Counted from the whole stretch's first letter, positions 10,831 to 24,041 are shown. The stretch is 59,127 nucleotides of DNA, filler included, from Basidioascus undulatus (GCA_000826855.1; 6 parts of 6 records of this genome joined end to end with filler, not necessarily neighbours in it), one strand, 5' to 3'. Made by a program: numbers and translations. The notes: a model not told the origin generated them from the letters alone.

Positions 10831-12844
10831 ATGAGCGTGGAGGTTACTTCAGCGCCACAGCGCTTCACCATCCGACGCAAGAGCGTCCCGCCGAAGCTCT
10901 ACGTCGAACACGCCCGCGACCGCGATCGCGAGCGCGCGCGTGCAGTCTCCCTCTCCTCCTCGCCCGACTCGACCTTCTTCTCCGCGACGAACGAAGACCT
11001 CTTCTTCCAACTGCCCACCAAGTCGCACGCCCAACCGACGCTGAGCAGCAGCCCAGCGAGCTCCGTCCCCAGCTCGCCGAGCGTCATGACGCCGACCAGC
11101 TCTTGCTCGTCGTCGCCGTTCGTCAACTACTCGCGTCCCACGCGCCAGACGTACCACGTCCGCGCCGCGTCCCTGCAGAACGACTACAAGTTCCCCGGAA
11201 AGCAGGATTTCATTCGCGTTCCGTTGACGGAGGACGAGGATGGCGACTTTGGAGCGTGGGCAGTACCGGCCAAGCACATCGACCCGCTGCCGATAGCCCT
11301 GCCGCTCGCGTTCCCGAAGGGTGGGGATATTTCTCGAAGGGAGCCAAGGCGGCTGAGAAAGCTGTCCAATAAACCGCTGCAGAGCGCTGCAAAGCAAGGT
11401 TCGTACTTTTCCGGTTGGTATCAGAACGAGTCTCTGACGATGCTGCATGTCTAGCCGAGCTCCAGGTCTACTCTCATCGCCCGCTGCACTCTTCCGAGCT
11501 CGTCAATGTGAGCCGCCTCTGGGTCGTCGATCAGCGAGGGCAAGGAGTCCCGTTCCTCGACTTCTACAAAGACCGGCGGACCATCGTCATCCTCCTGCGT
11601 CACAGCTACAACTCTGCCTGTCAGGCCTTTTGTCGCAGCGTGCGTCTCTCCTCTTCCTTAAATCGTGGCTTGGCGTGACCTTCAGTCTCCGCACAGCTCT
11701 CCAATCTCGATCCCTCAACCCCCATCATCCTCATCACGCCGACATCGCACCGCGTGATTCCGTCGTATCGCAAGGCGCTCAAGCTGCCGTTCCCGATGTA
11801 TAGCGATCCGTCTCGATCTGTGGGTGCATGTTCATCAAAACCGTTCTGCGACGCTCTCTTACGTAAAAGGTTCCTCGCGGTAAAACAGCTGTACACGGCT
11901 CTTGGTATCCACCGGCGCTCCACGACTGTCAGTCATAGCCATTCTGGTCGCCCTAAGGCATCCTCATGGCACAGCCTTCTGGTAAATGTGCCTATTTTAA
12001 CTACCTAGGCGTACCGCAGCTCACACGGGTTCCTCTCCTCGCAGACTGCGCTCAGATTGATACCCACGCCGCCGGGAGATACCAAGCAGCTCGGTGCTGA
12101 GGTGCCTTCCCGAGTGGCATGCTTGGCAACCTGAAAGGATAGTCGACTGAAGTATTCTGTCCTCGGCAGTTTGTTCTCGGTCCAGGCGTAACGGACTGCC
12201 ACTTCGTACATCGGATGGTGAGTTTATCTGACTTGCTCGACATCCACTGGGTCTTCTAACCTGTTTCTCCGACAGACCGAGGCTCGCACCCACGCTCCCG
12301 TACGCCTTGACCTGCTCGGACACCTCCACATCCACCCACTAACTCAGAAACAACCGTTCTCGCTAGATCTCCGCCATCCTCTCTGCCGCGTCCGGCGCAT
12401 CAGACACCGCAACGCTAGCCTCGTTCGATACCACTCTCACCTCGTCCGGCGAGCGCGACCGCATGCGCCTCCCCCCAATCGCGGGCGACTTCCCCGTTCG
12501 GGACGCTGACCGGATCAAACCGCTCCAATGTCGCCCCGTCATCCCTTCTCGACCGCTTCCCTCTTCCTCCCATGTCATTGGCGCACGAGCGCGTGCGCGC
12601 GAAGTCGCTGCCGAGCAGCAGCGGACGACGACCGGTGCTGCCGGCGTTCGACTTTGAGCTGTCGAATGGCGGCGGGCCGATGCTCGGGCGATACCCGTCC
12701 GCGCGCCCGAGGAAGCTCAGGGACGGGCTGGTCGACAGCACCTGTACCGCTGCGCGAAGAAGCAGGGGCAGAGCCTCCATCTTCGCACGACGAGCGGCCT
12801 TGTGGTGGGGGCCGAGCCGCAAGCTACTGCTGCTTAGGTCGTAG
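10831..12844 (+). CDS. AhpC/TSA-like (peroxiredoxin-like 2) thioredoxin-fold protein with long Ser-rich N-terminal extension; 3' end uncertain
   Basis: Spliced motifs LWVVDQRGQGVPF...TIVILLRHSYNSACQAF, FPMYSDPSR..LYTALG, KQLGAE|FVLGPGVTDCHFVHRM|TEARTHAP. A probable +1 C at ~12559-12561 links to ORF 12572-12844. Confidence 0.7.
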
Positions 12845-13057
12845 TTGGCATTCTGAATGTAGCATTCCCGGACTTTTGTTGTATAGCCATCTGTATTTAC
12901 TTATTTAAATCGAGGCGCGAGATTCAGACAAACAGGAAGTGCACGTCTGCAGAGCGAAGTAGAGCGCGAATGTCTGATAGATACCAAGAAGTACAACAGC
13001 AGAGCTAGGAATACAGCGAAAAGAACGTCCCACTCGTCCAAACACGGTGACGATCCC

Positions 13058-16000
13058 TCAGACACTAAGCCACTTCTTCGCAAGGTCCCTGGCTAACCGC
13101 TGCGCGCCCGTCGCCATGTAGATGAGCGAGAGGTTGTACGCAGCCTCCTTCGAGAAGTCGCCGGTCGCGGGAGTCGTCGCCTCGACGTCCATGTCTGTCG
13201 CACGTGACTGCTCGGCGAGCGTGAGGACGCGCTGATAGTGCTTGACGGCGAAGTGAAGCAGGCCTGCATTTGAGGCAACCAGTCAGTTTCGCGCCCAGCA
13301 CGCCCAATGGACAGATCCAGACAGACGCACCAGTCTGATGGAAAGCGCGCCCAAAGTTGTACTCGACCTCCTGCCCGGGCCCGCGCAACTTGCGGTACCG
13401 CGTGAAGAACGCCATAGCCTGTTCCCCTTGCTTCGTCAGACCCCCCCAATCAGCTGGACACTGCCGCGAGCGCTTACCTGGGCGACTTGGTGGTGCCGGT
13501 TGTCCGCCTGACGCTGGAACGCGCGGTATAGGTAGGCGACACCGAGAGTCATGCAGAGGAGCGAGTCGTTCGGCTCGAGGTCATAGGCGCGTAGCAGATA
13601 GACTGTCGACAATGGGAAATGAGCGATTGTTACGACTCGTCGCTGAATGAAGAGGTTCGTACAGATGGCGCCCTGCGCGCTCCGCGCAGCGAGCATGATC
13701 TGCCCGTACAGGGTGAGCCAGATAGGGTTCGCGTTCGTCGGCTTCCACCGAGGCTTGCCAGCCGCGCGCTCGGCCTCGGGGCTGGCGGATCGCGTGCCGC
13801 TGCCAGCTGCCGGCTCGTCCTCCCCCTCGTTGTCGGCGGCGCCAATGCCCGAGACCGTCCAGCGGCCGGTACGCTTCGCGAAGACGATCTCCTTGCCGAG
13901 TCCAGCGTTGTCGAGGACCTTGAGCTCACGGAGGATGAACTTCTGGAGGTTGAGGTCGGTAAAGCCGGTGAGGGCGTGGATGCCGCCGCCGAGGAAGGCC
14001 GAGAGCATGCGCGCGGCGTCGCAGCTGAACTGCTCGCTGTACATGAATGCGCGGACGGCCTCGATGACGGTGGTAGGGTGCCCGGCTTTCATGGCGCAAG
14101 CTGGCGGAGGTGGGTACGTCAGACAACGAACGGACGCGGTCATGCATCGGCGGGGACGAACCGAGTAAAGTCAGGCGAAGCGGATGGAGACGCTCGGCGC
14201 GACGCATCACGTTACTGTACGTAATGTGGCGGAGCACCTCCTCGGCGAGCTCGACGTCGTGGTGCTTCGTAAGGAGGAGCGCATACTAAGGAGAATAGCT
14301 GGAATAAGCCTGCGTTCTGAGATGTAAGAGCCGCCTGTGCACACCTGCATGAAGATCGTGACCCAGTCGTCGAACGCGATGCCGCGGAATGAGTCCACCT
14401 CGCCGTCGTCGTTGATCGGCTCGGCGCTGCTGCTATCGTCAACTGCATACCGTGTCTGTAAGTACGCAGTTGGACATCCGAAAGAGCATCAGCGCACGCA
14501 CCTATTGCCCGCTGAATGCGAGTTGCCATGTCCTCGGCCCTCGAGTCCAGGTCAACGGGTCCACGCTTCTTCTTGCTCATGCGGATAACGCCCTTGAAGC
14601 GTTGCGTCTGCACAGGGCGCGCTCCCACACATCAGTGTCTGACCCATTCACTCAAGCGCATCCAGAACACGCACCCGATCGCGGGGGAACAGCGCGGGTG
14701 TTTCCCGGAACCATTCCACGAGCGTGCCGGCGACGTCGATCCACTCGGCCTCCTTCTCCCAGTCACCGCGATCGACGTCCTCCTGCAAGGCCTGCAGCTT
14801 TCGGAAGCCCTCGACCATCTCCTCCTCGCGCTTCTTCTCGAGCTGCACGGCTCTCTGCCGCGCCGCGCTGCGCTCGGCGCGCTTCGACTCGCGCGCTGAC
14901 GACGAGGGCTGATTCTCGTCGAAGAACGAGAAGGAGTCCTCCGGCGCGGGCGCGCTGGATGGTCCGGTCGTGGAGGCTGAATCGGCCGCGCCGCCGCGGA
15001 GCTTCCGGCGGCCGGCGATGACTGTTGAGAGGCAGCGTGTCGGCGCGAGTCTTTCTGCAATCAAGAATTGTGATGGGAAACGCACCTTGGTTCACGAGCG
15101 AAAGCGCCTTGACCTTGTCGCCCGTCTCCTCGTAGACCTCCGCGAGCTTCATCTTGACGTCCAGGTTGTCCGGCTGCATCTGAACGACTGCAGAGGCAGA
15201 CATGCTCCATCAGCTTCAGTGTGTCGTGGCTGAACCTCAAAGCTAGACCAACCGTTGTTGTAGCACGTCTCCGCATTTTGTAGCTCGCCGAGCGCCTTGA
15301 AGCAGTCGCCCATGTTCTGGAAGACGATCGCAGAGCTCGTCTGCCGGGGCAAGCCGAGCAAGTCAGCATCTGTGAGAGTCGATATTAAAGGTAGGGGCAA
15401 GTACTAAATCGTTCTCGGCCATCTCCTGCAGAATGTCAAGTGCCTCGTCGTGCATGTTGGCGGCGACGTAGGCGTCGGCAATATCTCCGTAGAGCGAGAC
15501 GTAGTCGATCAGGTCTTGCTCCAGGACGATCTCGAAGTGCCTCTGCAGGAGCGCGCCCGTAAACAGAGCTGTACGCTTGCGGAAAGACGTAGATGAACGC
15601 ACCTTGGCCTCCTCAACCTCGCCCTTTGCGAGCCTTGCGCGGCCCAACGCCGTCCTCAGCTCGTAATCAAGCTCATTTACGCCCAGCCCCTGCTCCACCC
15701 GCTGATTATCGCCCCTCTCCCCGCGTTCGCGGTCCCACTCGCGATCGTCCCCAACGAGGTCCCAGAATTCCTCGCCCGCGCGGCCCTGCAGCCAGCGCAC
15801 GCCCTCGTTCACGACGCGAATGACGTCTGCCCAGCGGCGCTCGACGAGGAGGAGGTCGACGAGCATCCGGATCTCCGTGAGCCCGATCAAATGGTCGAGC
15901 TCCGCAGGCGTCGGGACGGGGTAGGTCGTGCGGAAGTAGAGGAGCGCCGCGGAGAGATGGTCGCGCGCTGCTTCGGGTTGGTGGAGGGCGATGAGGAGGG

Positions 16001-17227
16001 GGCATAGCTCGCGAAGGATGTTCGGATCGTGCGGGTGGTGCTTCAAAAGAGAGCTAAAGCCATCGGCGGCCTGTGCAGAAAGGAGCGCTAGATGAGCTCA
16101 GAGCGAATCGGGGATGCGGCCGAACACGCGAACCTGACGTGTACGACCAATCTCCTTGAGCAAGAACGCACGGTCCCAGATCGCGTCGACGTCGTTCTTG
16201 TCGGCCTTGATCGCCTGCTGGTAGCAGTACACGGCCTGCTGCATCGACCCCGCCTCGCTGCGTGGCACTTCCATCTCAACACCGGTGCACCCACAGCTCG
16301 CCTTACCACACCCACTCACCGACTCTGCCGTCCCAAATCCTTCCAGATGTCGCTCGCCCCCGGCGTGAGATGCGCAGCCATGACGCGCACTTGCAGCGCG
16401 CGCTTGGTGTCGCCCATCTCGGAATAGATGGTGCCGAGGAGGTACCACGCGTTGCGCACGGTCGGCTCGAGGCGGATGACCTCCTCTAGCGAGGAGATCG
16501 CCTGGTCGTACGAGCGCAGGACGTAGTGCATATTTGCTTGGCCGAGCAGCGTCTTGAGCTCCGGCGTAAGCGCGGGCTCCGAGCGAGGACGACGGACCTG
16601 CGCACATAGAAATTGGTCAGAGGGGAGACCGCCTAGAACGGTTGAGCAGTGCGCACCCTGCTCTTCCCGACGCCTGAGGCGCCACGGAGCTCGTTCCGGA
16701 ATTCGCTCAACTCGTCTTCGATGGAGCGGTCCCACTCGTCGCCGAGCGAGAGCCCTTCGCCGCCACCGCCGTCCTTCATCGCGTGAACCAGACGACTGGA
16801 AGACAGGGCACGTCTTCAGCTTCATATGGATGATGCTGGATCGAGCTTACCCGAAATCCCCCTCCTCGATCATCAGCTCCCCCTCCTCCTCTTCATCCAG
16901 CTGCGCCTCTCCATGTCCACGGTCCTCATCGTCCAGCTCCTCCTCGTCGTCCTCGTACTCGGAGCCTTCGCTGGACAAGCCGGGGTCGTAGCGCCCCTCG
17001 AAGTCGAATCTGTAAATGAAAGCAAATCAGTTCCGAGCCTATCTCAAATCAGTCCTGCGGACATACGCCTGCTCATCCTCCTCGTCCTCCTCCTCGTCTC
17101 CTGGGAAGTTACGGGGCTGGACCCGGCGTGAGAAGCGGCGCGAGGTGCTTGGACTGGAGCTTGGGGCGACCTGGGATGTGGAGTGTTCGGGGTCCAGCAG
17201 GGCTGGGTCGATGGGCGGCTGTGCCAT
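13058..17227 (-). CDS. TFC4: TFIIIC TPR subunit (tau131/Tfc4/Sfc4)
   Basis: Acidic N-terminus, TPR arrays (LLGQANMHYV...LEEVIRLEP...AWYLLGTIYSEMGD...MAAHLTP), and the C-terminal signature RAFQRQADNRHHQVAQ...QEVEYNFGRAFHQ.GLLHFAVKHYQRVL...EAAYNLSLIY...KWLSV*. Confidence 0.92.
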
Positions 17228-17533
17228 TGTGCGAGTGCGAGAAAGTCGTGATGGTAAGGCGACAAAGAAAGACGCGCCCGCAGCGCGCGATCTCATCTCA
17301 GATTTCATGTGAAGGCCGCGTCTTCCGCTCTTGCCCTTTGACCGCTTCCATCTCGACCACTCGTTCATAGCGCAGAATACGATCCAGCTAGGGGAGGGAC
17401 CTCTTATCGATTATTCATATCGGTGCGCCAGTCTTACGGCGCTTTGAGCCTGCCTGGCATTCTCAGCCGTCCCACTCCCACAGCTGCCACCGAATCCCGC
17501 CGTGTTCCTGCTTCGCTTCGGGCCTTTCACTCG

Positions 17534-18499
17534 ATGTCGCTCGACCTCGACTGGTCCGTGCTCGACGCACCACTCTCCGCATCTCTTCTCAACCTCCTCA
17601 ACACCCACCTTGCCTCCGCACCCCGCCCCTCCTTCATCGGCCCCATCTCCTTCACCTCCCTCTCGTTCGGCACGCGCGCGCCCGAAGTCGAGCTCGTCGA
17701 TGTGCGGGACGTCTACCGCGAGTTCCTCGATGACGACCAGGATTACGACGAGGACGAGTTCGAGTGGGTCAAGCGCGGCGAGGCAGGCGATGGCCCGTAC
17801 GACGAGAAGCCGGGCGGGTGGGAGAGCCAGGCACCGGGCTTGGGGATGCGGTACGCTGCCCCGGGTAGGATGAGCGGTATGGGCAGCCCGGTGATGAGCC
17901 ATACGCCGCTCAGCCTGGCGAGCCCCCTCCCGTCCGTCCTGCACATGCCCTCCATCCTCCGCCCGAGCGGCACGTCCACACCCCTCCCCATACCGACTCC
18001 GCACCGCTCGCCATCTCCCCCCCGGCCGGACATCACCCCGCCCTCCTCCCCTCCTCAACAATCGTCCACCTTTTCCGCCCTCCCAAGCCTCCAACTACAT
18101 CTCCGCATTACCCACGCCTCCGACCTCCGCCTCTCCCTCTGCACCAATCTCCTCATCAACTATCCGTCCCCCGAGTTCATGTCCCTTCCCGTCAAGCTCT
18201 CCGTCACGGGCCTCGTCTTCCGGGGGACGCTCGTTTTCGCGCTCGAAGGCGAGAAGAAGCGCGTGCACGTCTGCATACTGGACGACGAGGAGGACGAGGC
18301 TCCCGCTCCGCTGGGCGGGAGAGTCTCGCCTGGCGTGCGTGTCCTCCCGAGCATCGCTATCGAGAGCGAGATCGGGCAGGCGGACAAGCACGTTCTCAAG
18401 AACGTGCGGAAGGTGGAGACGTTCATCTTGGACGTCATGCGGACTACGCTGGAGAACGAGATTGTCTATCCCAATTTTCATACCATCATGCTGCCCTGA
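17534..18499 (+). CDS. MDM12: ERMES complex SMP-domain subunit Mdm12
   Basis: MSLDLDWSVLD...RPSFIGPI...FGTRAPEVELVDVRDVYREF; LLINYPSPEFMSLPVKLSVTG; IESEIGQADKHVLKNVRKVETF; IVYPNFHT. Confidence 0.95.
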   Translation: MSLDLDWSVLDAPLSASLLNLLNTHLASAPRPSFIGPISFTSLSFGTRAPEVELVDVRDVYREFLDDDQDYDEDEFEWVKRGEAGDGPYDEKPGGWESQAPGLGMRYAAPGRMSGMGSPVMSHTPLSLASPLPSVLHMPSILRPSGTSTPLPIPTPHRSPSPPRPDITPPSSPPQQSSTFSALPSLQLHLRITHASDLRLSLCTNLLINYPSPEFMSLPVKLSVTGLVFRGTLVFALEGEKKRVHVCILDDEEDEAPAPLGGRVSPGVRVLPSIAIESEIGQADKHVLKNVRKVETFILDVMRTTLENEIVYPNFHTIMLP

Positions 18500-18645
18500 C
18501 GGTCTAGGCGAGTGACGTGTTGAATGAGGCTGTAACTAGAGTTTCACTGTCAATGACTGACACCACGCTCAGTCGAAGTCCTCCGACGGAGGGTTATTGG
18601 ACAGACATCCGTATGTATGATCGGGCACAACCGCGCAAGGTCACT

Positions 18646-19555
18646 TCAGCGCCCGCCGACCCTTCTCAGTTCGCTTTTCAGCGTCCCAAGCCAGTCTGCC
18701 GGCCACTTATCCATCCCCGCCATCTGCGCCACCGTCGGGACCATCAACTACACGGCGCCCAGGACACGGGCGCACTCGAGCAAAAGCAGGGCGATCCCCG
18801 GCGTGCCCTTCCTCTTCATCGTCCCATCCGCGTTCTCGAACCTCTCCCTCAGCCCGCGGGCAGAATGGCCTTCGGACAGCGGGAGTAACTCGCCCTCGAG
18901 CACCTTGTGCGTCCCCGGCGCGACGGCAAGCCGGGCGCAGTGCGTGTCGATCCGCCCCGGCTGAGTCGGCAGCGAGAGCGCGTGGATGACGGCGACGTTG
19001 AGGAGGGGCCGGTGGAGGGCGTACCATTCCTTCAGGCCGCGAACCATTGCCGCGGCGTCGGTAGGGAGCGACTTGGCCGCAGCTGCGTTACTGTTGCAGA
19101 TGGGCTTGTGGAGAGGCCACGAAGCGACTTGACAGTCGCTGCTCTGTGGGAGGAAGAAGATGCGCTTCAGTCAGCCAGCCCGCGAGGATCCCTCCCACGC
19201 AAAATACTCTCTTACTAGACGTGATAAATTACAAGCAGAGAACACTCACACAATACACGACTACTCTTCCCCGCCATCGGCGCCGTCGCACATCCGTGCC
19301 CTGTCAGCCAACCCACCAAACCGAAGCCACGCAGCCCTTCCACAAGTAAACAATCGGCTCAACTCCTTTGCACTTCCCACAAGCACGATGCTTATCGCCA
19401 TCAGCCGTCTCCGGCTTCGCGCACCAGCTACAGACAACCCGATCAGCCGGAGATCGAAGCGGCATGCAAGGAAGCCAGAAGACGCACTGACAGACGCCCG
19501 TCATGCGGGACTCTGTCGCCTTCATGGGATTCTTCTACGGGGTCAGGGCAGACAT
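18646..19555 (-). pseudogene. MYND-type zinc-finger protein with in-frame TAG; pseudogene or readthrough candidate
   Basis: Spliced C(H)WC...RACGKCK..VYC|SSDCQVASWPLHKPIC MYND motif. After GAV-TAG (18748-18750) the frame continues as LMVPTVAQMAGMDKWPADWLGTLKSELRRVGGR-TGA (18646). Confidence 0.65.
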
Positions 19556-19992
19556 GGTCGTATGGGACGTCCGGATTGCGAATAGGACGGGGTGCGAATG
19601 AGACCCGGAGAGTAAGGGTCGGCTGTAAGGGTCAGCTGGGTCGAAGTGCCCGTGAGAAACAACTACCTAATCTACGTCGCCGTATAGCCGATCATTGCTC
19701 TTCAACTTTCACCACTTCTTCCACCGGATGTGTTGGAGGTCTGCCCTCATCTGTCTGTCTTGTAAGGTACTGTACTCTGGGCTCGAAAGATCGCTGGGAA
19801 AATCAAAGAGAGGAGATAGGGTGAAAGTGGTTCCAGTTGACGCTCGGCTGCGCGTTTCGGTCTTACAGAGTTCATCCACTGGCTGTTTGTACGCGCGCCC
19901 ACGCGCTCCCCTCCCTCCCCCTCAACTCTCATCGCCCTCGCGCCTTCTTTCGGCTCTTTGCACCCCCTTTCCCCTTCAAACGACTACCCAAT

Positions 19993-21339
19993 ATGGTCTG
20001 TCTCCTCGTAGATGGACTGCCATTCAATTTTATGGCTGACATCGATACCCCCGGTCCAAACAGGCGCGTAACGAGGAGAAGGCGCAGTCGATGCTCTTCC
20101 GCTTCCGCGAAGCGCAAGCGGCCGAGCTCGGTCTATCGACGCGGCAGACGCGCCGGCCGCGCATGGCGAGCTCGTGCAACAACCTGCGTGACGCTGAGAA
20201 GTGGCGCGGCGAGATCCTACGCGATATCAGCAGGAAGGTGTCGAAGATCCAGGACGGTCCGTATTCGCACTTGAGCCCGGGTTAGGCGAGGGAGAGAGGG
20301 CGAAGATGCTGACGCGGGACTGAGGGCGGTGATGCAGCTGGCTTGACCGACTATGAGGTCCGAGACCTGAACGACGAGATCAACAAGCTGCTGCGCGAGA
20401 AAGGCCACTGGGAGCGCCAGATCGTCGCCCTGGGTGGGGCGAACTATCGAAGGAGCGTGGCAATGACGGATGAGGACGGGAAGGAAGTGCCGGGCACGCG
20501 GGGATACAAGTGCGTATCTGCGTCCCACTTTCATATTCTGGAACTTTAGTGCTCATGGGAGACCCGGAGTGATGCAGGTACTTTGGGCGGGCGAAGGATC
20601 TGCCAGGCGTGAAGGAGCTGTTCCAGCGGAGCAGTACGTCATGCCGGTTTTGCGGTGTTAGTTTCGTCCACTTACATTTGACGGTGGTACGCAGAGGACG
20701 AGAAGGACGAGGCGTCGAAGCCGGAAAAGTACCGCCCCTTCATGCACCAGGGCCCGGCGTACTACGGCGACCTGGACGAGGACGATGGGCAGCTGTTGGA
20801 TTATGAGGCAGCGGAGGAGGAAGAGGGTGAGTTGGAGGCCGTCTCATCTTAGTATGACTGTTTGCGATAGCTTCTGACGTGGAGGTTGCCCAGGCTGGAA
20901 CGCTGCGTTCGAGCGTATTCGTACAGTCCTCTCTCTCCCCAAAGATGCCACGCCGCCCGCCATCCCCCGCACCCGCCCCGAGCCGCTCTCCAAAGCGCTC
21001 GCAGCGCTCCAACAAGTCGCCGTCGCGCAGACAGAGCCATCCGCGTCGGCAGCGACCAAGCGACCTGCGCCGAAGGATGAGGCGGAGCCCGATGCGGAGG
21101 GCGGTGCGGCGGAAGACGGCGCGGAGGAGGACGGTGCAGGGAAGCGCGCGAAGGCGGACGAGGTCGCGCCTGAGGCGCTCAAGGCGCGCGAGGCGGCGGC
21201 GCGCAAGGCCGCGACGGCGAGCTTGAGCTTCTTGGATGCGGCGGATCTGGAGGCGCCCAAGATGCCGAGCAAGGAGGAGATGGAGAAGGTGCTGTTGGAC
21301 ATTCGGAAGAAGGCGTTGCTGGCGGAGTACGGCGCATGA
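19993..21339 (+). CDS. ISY1: Pre-mRNA splicing factor Isy1
   Basis: ATG-only first coding exon, then ARNEEKAQSMLFRFREAQAAELG...AEKWRGEILRDISRKVSKIQD|AGLTDYEVRDLNDEINKLLREKGHWE...GYK|YFGRAKDLPGVKELF. Ends LLAEYGA*. Confidence 0.95.
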
Positions 21340-21630
21340 GGGGAGTGGGAATGTTGTTGTACAAGTAGTATGCGGTACAAGGATACCTGCTACGCTCTTG
21401 GCCTGGTGTATGCCGATGCTATGGTACCGGAGACTTTGGCAATACCCCGAGAACCTCATACTAGCGCTTCGTCCTCTGTAGGTAAGTAGACACACGAGTG
21501 ACTCCCGAGGGCAAACATGTGAATCTCGGCCAAATTTCCCACGCATTTCTCGTCAACCTCAACCACCTCAACGTCTCGATCTTCTCCGTCCATCTTCTTA
21601 TCCGTCCATCTTCCTTCTCCCCACTCCACC

Positions 21631-22669
21631 ATGCCGCTTCCATCAGAACCCCCTCGCACGTTAACGCCCACCGCAAGCGCGTACCGGCCTCACACGACGC
21701 TCTTCGACGCGCACGGGCGGCCCCCGCAGCCCTCGCGCTCGACGATCGAGCGCGCGCGCAAGCGGCAGCGCCGCGCCGCCGACCGGCCCGCACTCGACAA
21801 CGACGGAGACGCTAATGATGATGATAGGCCGCTGAGGGAACGATTTGGGGTGAGGAAGAGGACGAGGTGGAGGGAGCTTGAGGAGGGGTTGTGCGGGAAA
21901 GAAAGAGGTGAGTCTCGTTCTGGCTGGACCTGAAAGCGTCTATGGGAGGGTAGTGCTCACGCACCTTGTGCTTATGTAGGGCCGGAAGGCGTCGAACAGA
22001 AACTCCCATCGTCTGTGAGTCCATCTCGAGGCGGCGCTGGTTCAAAAGCACGTTGATCCAAGCCATCGGGGGCGATCCGCGCAGGACCTCCTCCGCGCAA
22101 TCCAGCACCACGCGTCGACGTTCTACGCGTCCCACGGGCTGCTCACGGATGCGCAGCTCGCCTACCAGGCTGCCAGGAGTGAGCGTAGTAGGCGGCAGAG
22201 GGCAGACGAGCTGGGCGGGGACGGGAAGGGGAAGGGGAAGGAAAAGGGAAAACGAAAGGGAAAAGAGAAGGGGAAGGGGAAGAAGAGGGAGAAGGTGGAG
22301 AACGGGGAGGGGAAGGAGGGGAAGGAGGGGGAGAAAGAGAAGGAAACGGCGAGGAGGGACATGTTCAGGGCCCTGAACCCGAGCGCGCTCATCGCTCTAG
22401 GTGCGTCTGGGTCTTCCACGGCCCCTTCCTCCCAACCTGACAGAGACCTCTGGGGTGGCGGCCGGGTAGGCGTGTTGATGGAGGAGTACGTGAAGGACCT
22501 GGTGCTGAAGAGCGAGGACGCGCAGCGGGCTGTGAGGACGTTCCTGAAGGAGCGGGAGGAGAGGTGGTGTAGCGAGGATGAAGTGGGGGGTGGCGAGGGG
22601 GAGGGGGAGAGGAAGGAGAGCGATAAGGAGGAGGGGGGGAGTAGTGGAACCGATGATGATTCTGATTGA
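21631..22669 (+). CDS. Rrn10-like (RNA pol I upstream activation factor subunit-like) protein
   Basis: Spliced LPSS|DLLRAIQHHASTFY and DMFRALNPSALIAL|GVLMEEYV resemble the two conserved blocks of UAF Rrn10-like proteins, separated by a K/G/E-rich linker. Confidence 0.6.
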
Positions 22670-23626
22670 GAGTGGATCAGAAGCTGTGCTGAATTGTGAG
22701 GAATGCGAGTTGGGGGATACTTGGGCTCGGGCGTGAAAGCGTTATCTGGACGTCTGACAGAAGGCTCTCGGCTTATGAAAGCTCGTGTTCCTTCTGCAAA
22801 CTTCAGTGGCTCGTCGCTGTCTGAGGTTGATGCAGTGTGGACGTGCGTGGCCAATATGGAACCATGCATGACTCGCGCGGCGGCGCAGGTATATCTTCGG
22901 GGTTGGTCCACGTGTGTGCACAGCCATCACATTACGCAGATCATAAACCGCAAGCAGAGTCGATTGAGATGGCCCCATGATGCAATGTGAAACGGAAACA
23001 TCTCGAGAGTGTAGATGCCCTGCTCTCTCGCTCGTACGCAGCATTGCATTGAAATGACTCTCGTAAGGTCGGATTTGGTGAGTTCGGTGTGTGACAGACA
23101 CGAATACTTATATCTGCTGCGGTATGTGGTAATTACGAATAGTTGTATCTGCTGCCGGTGTTGCGAGGAAAGAAGGGAGGGGAGATGTCCTAAGCCTCGG
23201 CGGCGTGCGGCAGGTCGTGGGGTGGGGAAAGATCTGGATGTCTAGTAGTGAAACTTCCACTGTGTTTGAAGAAATTGCCGAGAAGATGGGTTTGAGGCGA
23301 AATCTGAAGGTGGCATAGTGCGAGAACTGGCGGCTTGCGAGGGAGGAGTGCGAGGAAGAAGAGACATTGATGCTCGGGGCATCGTTCGATTGAATCACAT
23401 GTACTTTCGACGAAAGCTCAAGATAAACCGGGAGGGTATAATAATGGGGATCCCACTGAGAGGGCGCCTGAGGGTGATCCACCGGCCTTTGATCGATCGA
23501 TGGATCCAAAGTTGGATCTAGCGTGGCGAATGTCAGTGGCGGTGCAGGAACACCTGATCAGTGCGACGGCGACCAAAAAGGTCGAAAGCGTGTCTTGAAA
23601 AGTGATCAATGCGAGTGCGGCATCCC

Positions 23627-24041
23627 TCATGCCTGCCTGCCCATGAACCGGTCCCACCAGCTCCTGCTATCGGGCTTGCCGTCGATGGCGTCCATGACGC
23701 GGACATAGTGCATCGGCGCGGACTTGGGCTTGAGCGTCTTGTCCGTGACGGGGTACTGTTCACCCACCCACCCCATCAGCGCCGATCTCCACCTCCCGTC
23801 ACCCCTCCCCTCACGGACTCACCGTCTCCATCGCATCGTTCTGCACCAAGCGCTTGAGCGCGTTCGCGCTCGCCTCGGCGCGCTCGAGCTCGGCGCGCCT
23901 AAGCTGCCCCGATGCGACGCGCTCGTTGATGGTCTCGATGAGGGCGCCGAATTGGAGCTTGGGCCGGAGGCGGTCGACGGGCCAGGTGGAGGAGAGAGTG
24001 GAGAGCGTCTCAGTGAGCGCGGCGGAGACGCGGGGGGGCAT
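23627..24041 (-). CDS. CBP6: Cbp6/UQCC2-like cytochrome b (complex III) assembly factor, 2 exons
   Basis: WPVDRLRP...ANALKRLVQNDAMET|YPVTDKTLKPKSAPMHY...SWWDRFMGRQA* resembles fungal Cbp6 motifs (WP.D.LRP; NAL..L; YP.....L.P.S.P.YY). Confidence 0.75.

Noticed and set aside
23108..23509. 133-aa minus-strand ORF downstream of the CBP6-like gene
   Set aside because: No recognisable motif and it lacks the GC3 bias of neighbouring genes; cannot be supported as coding.
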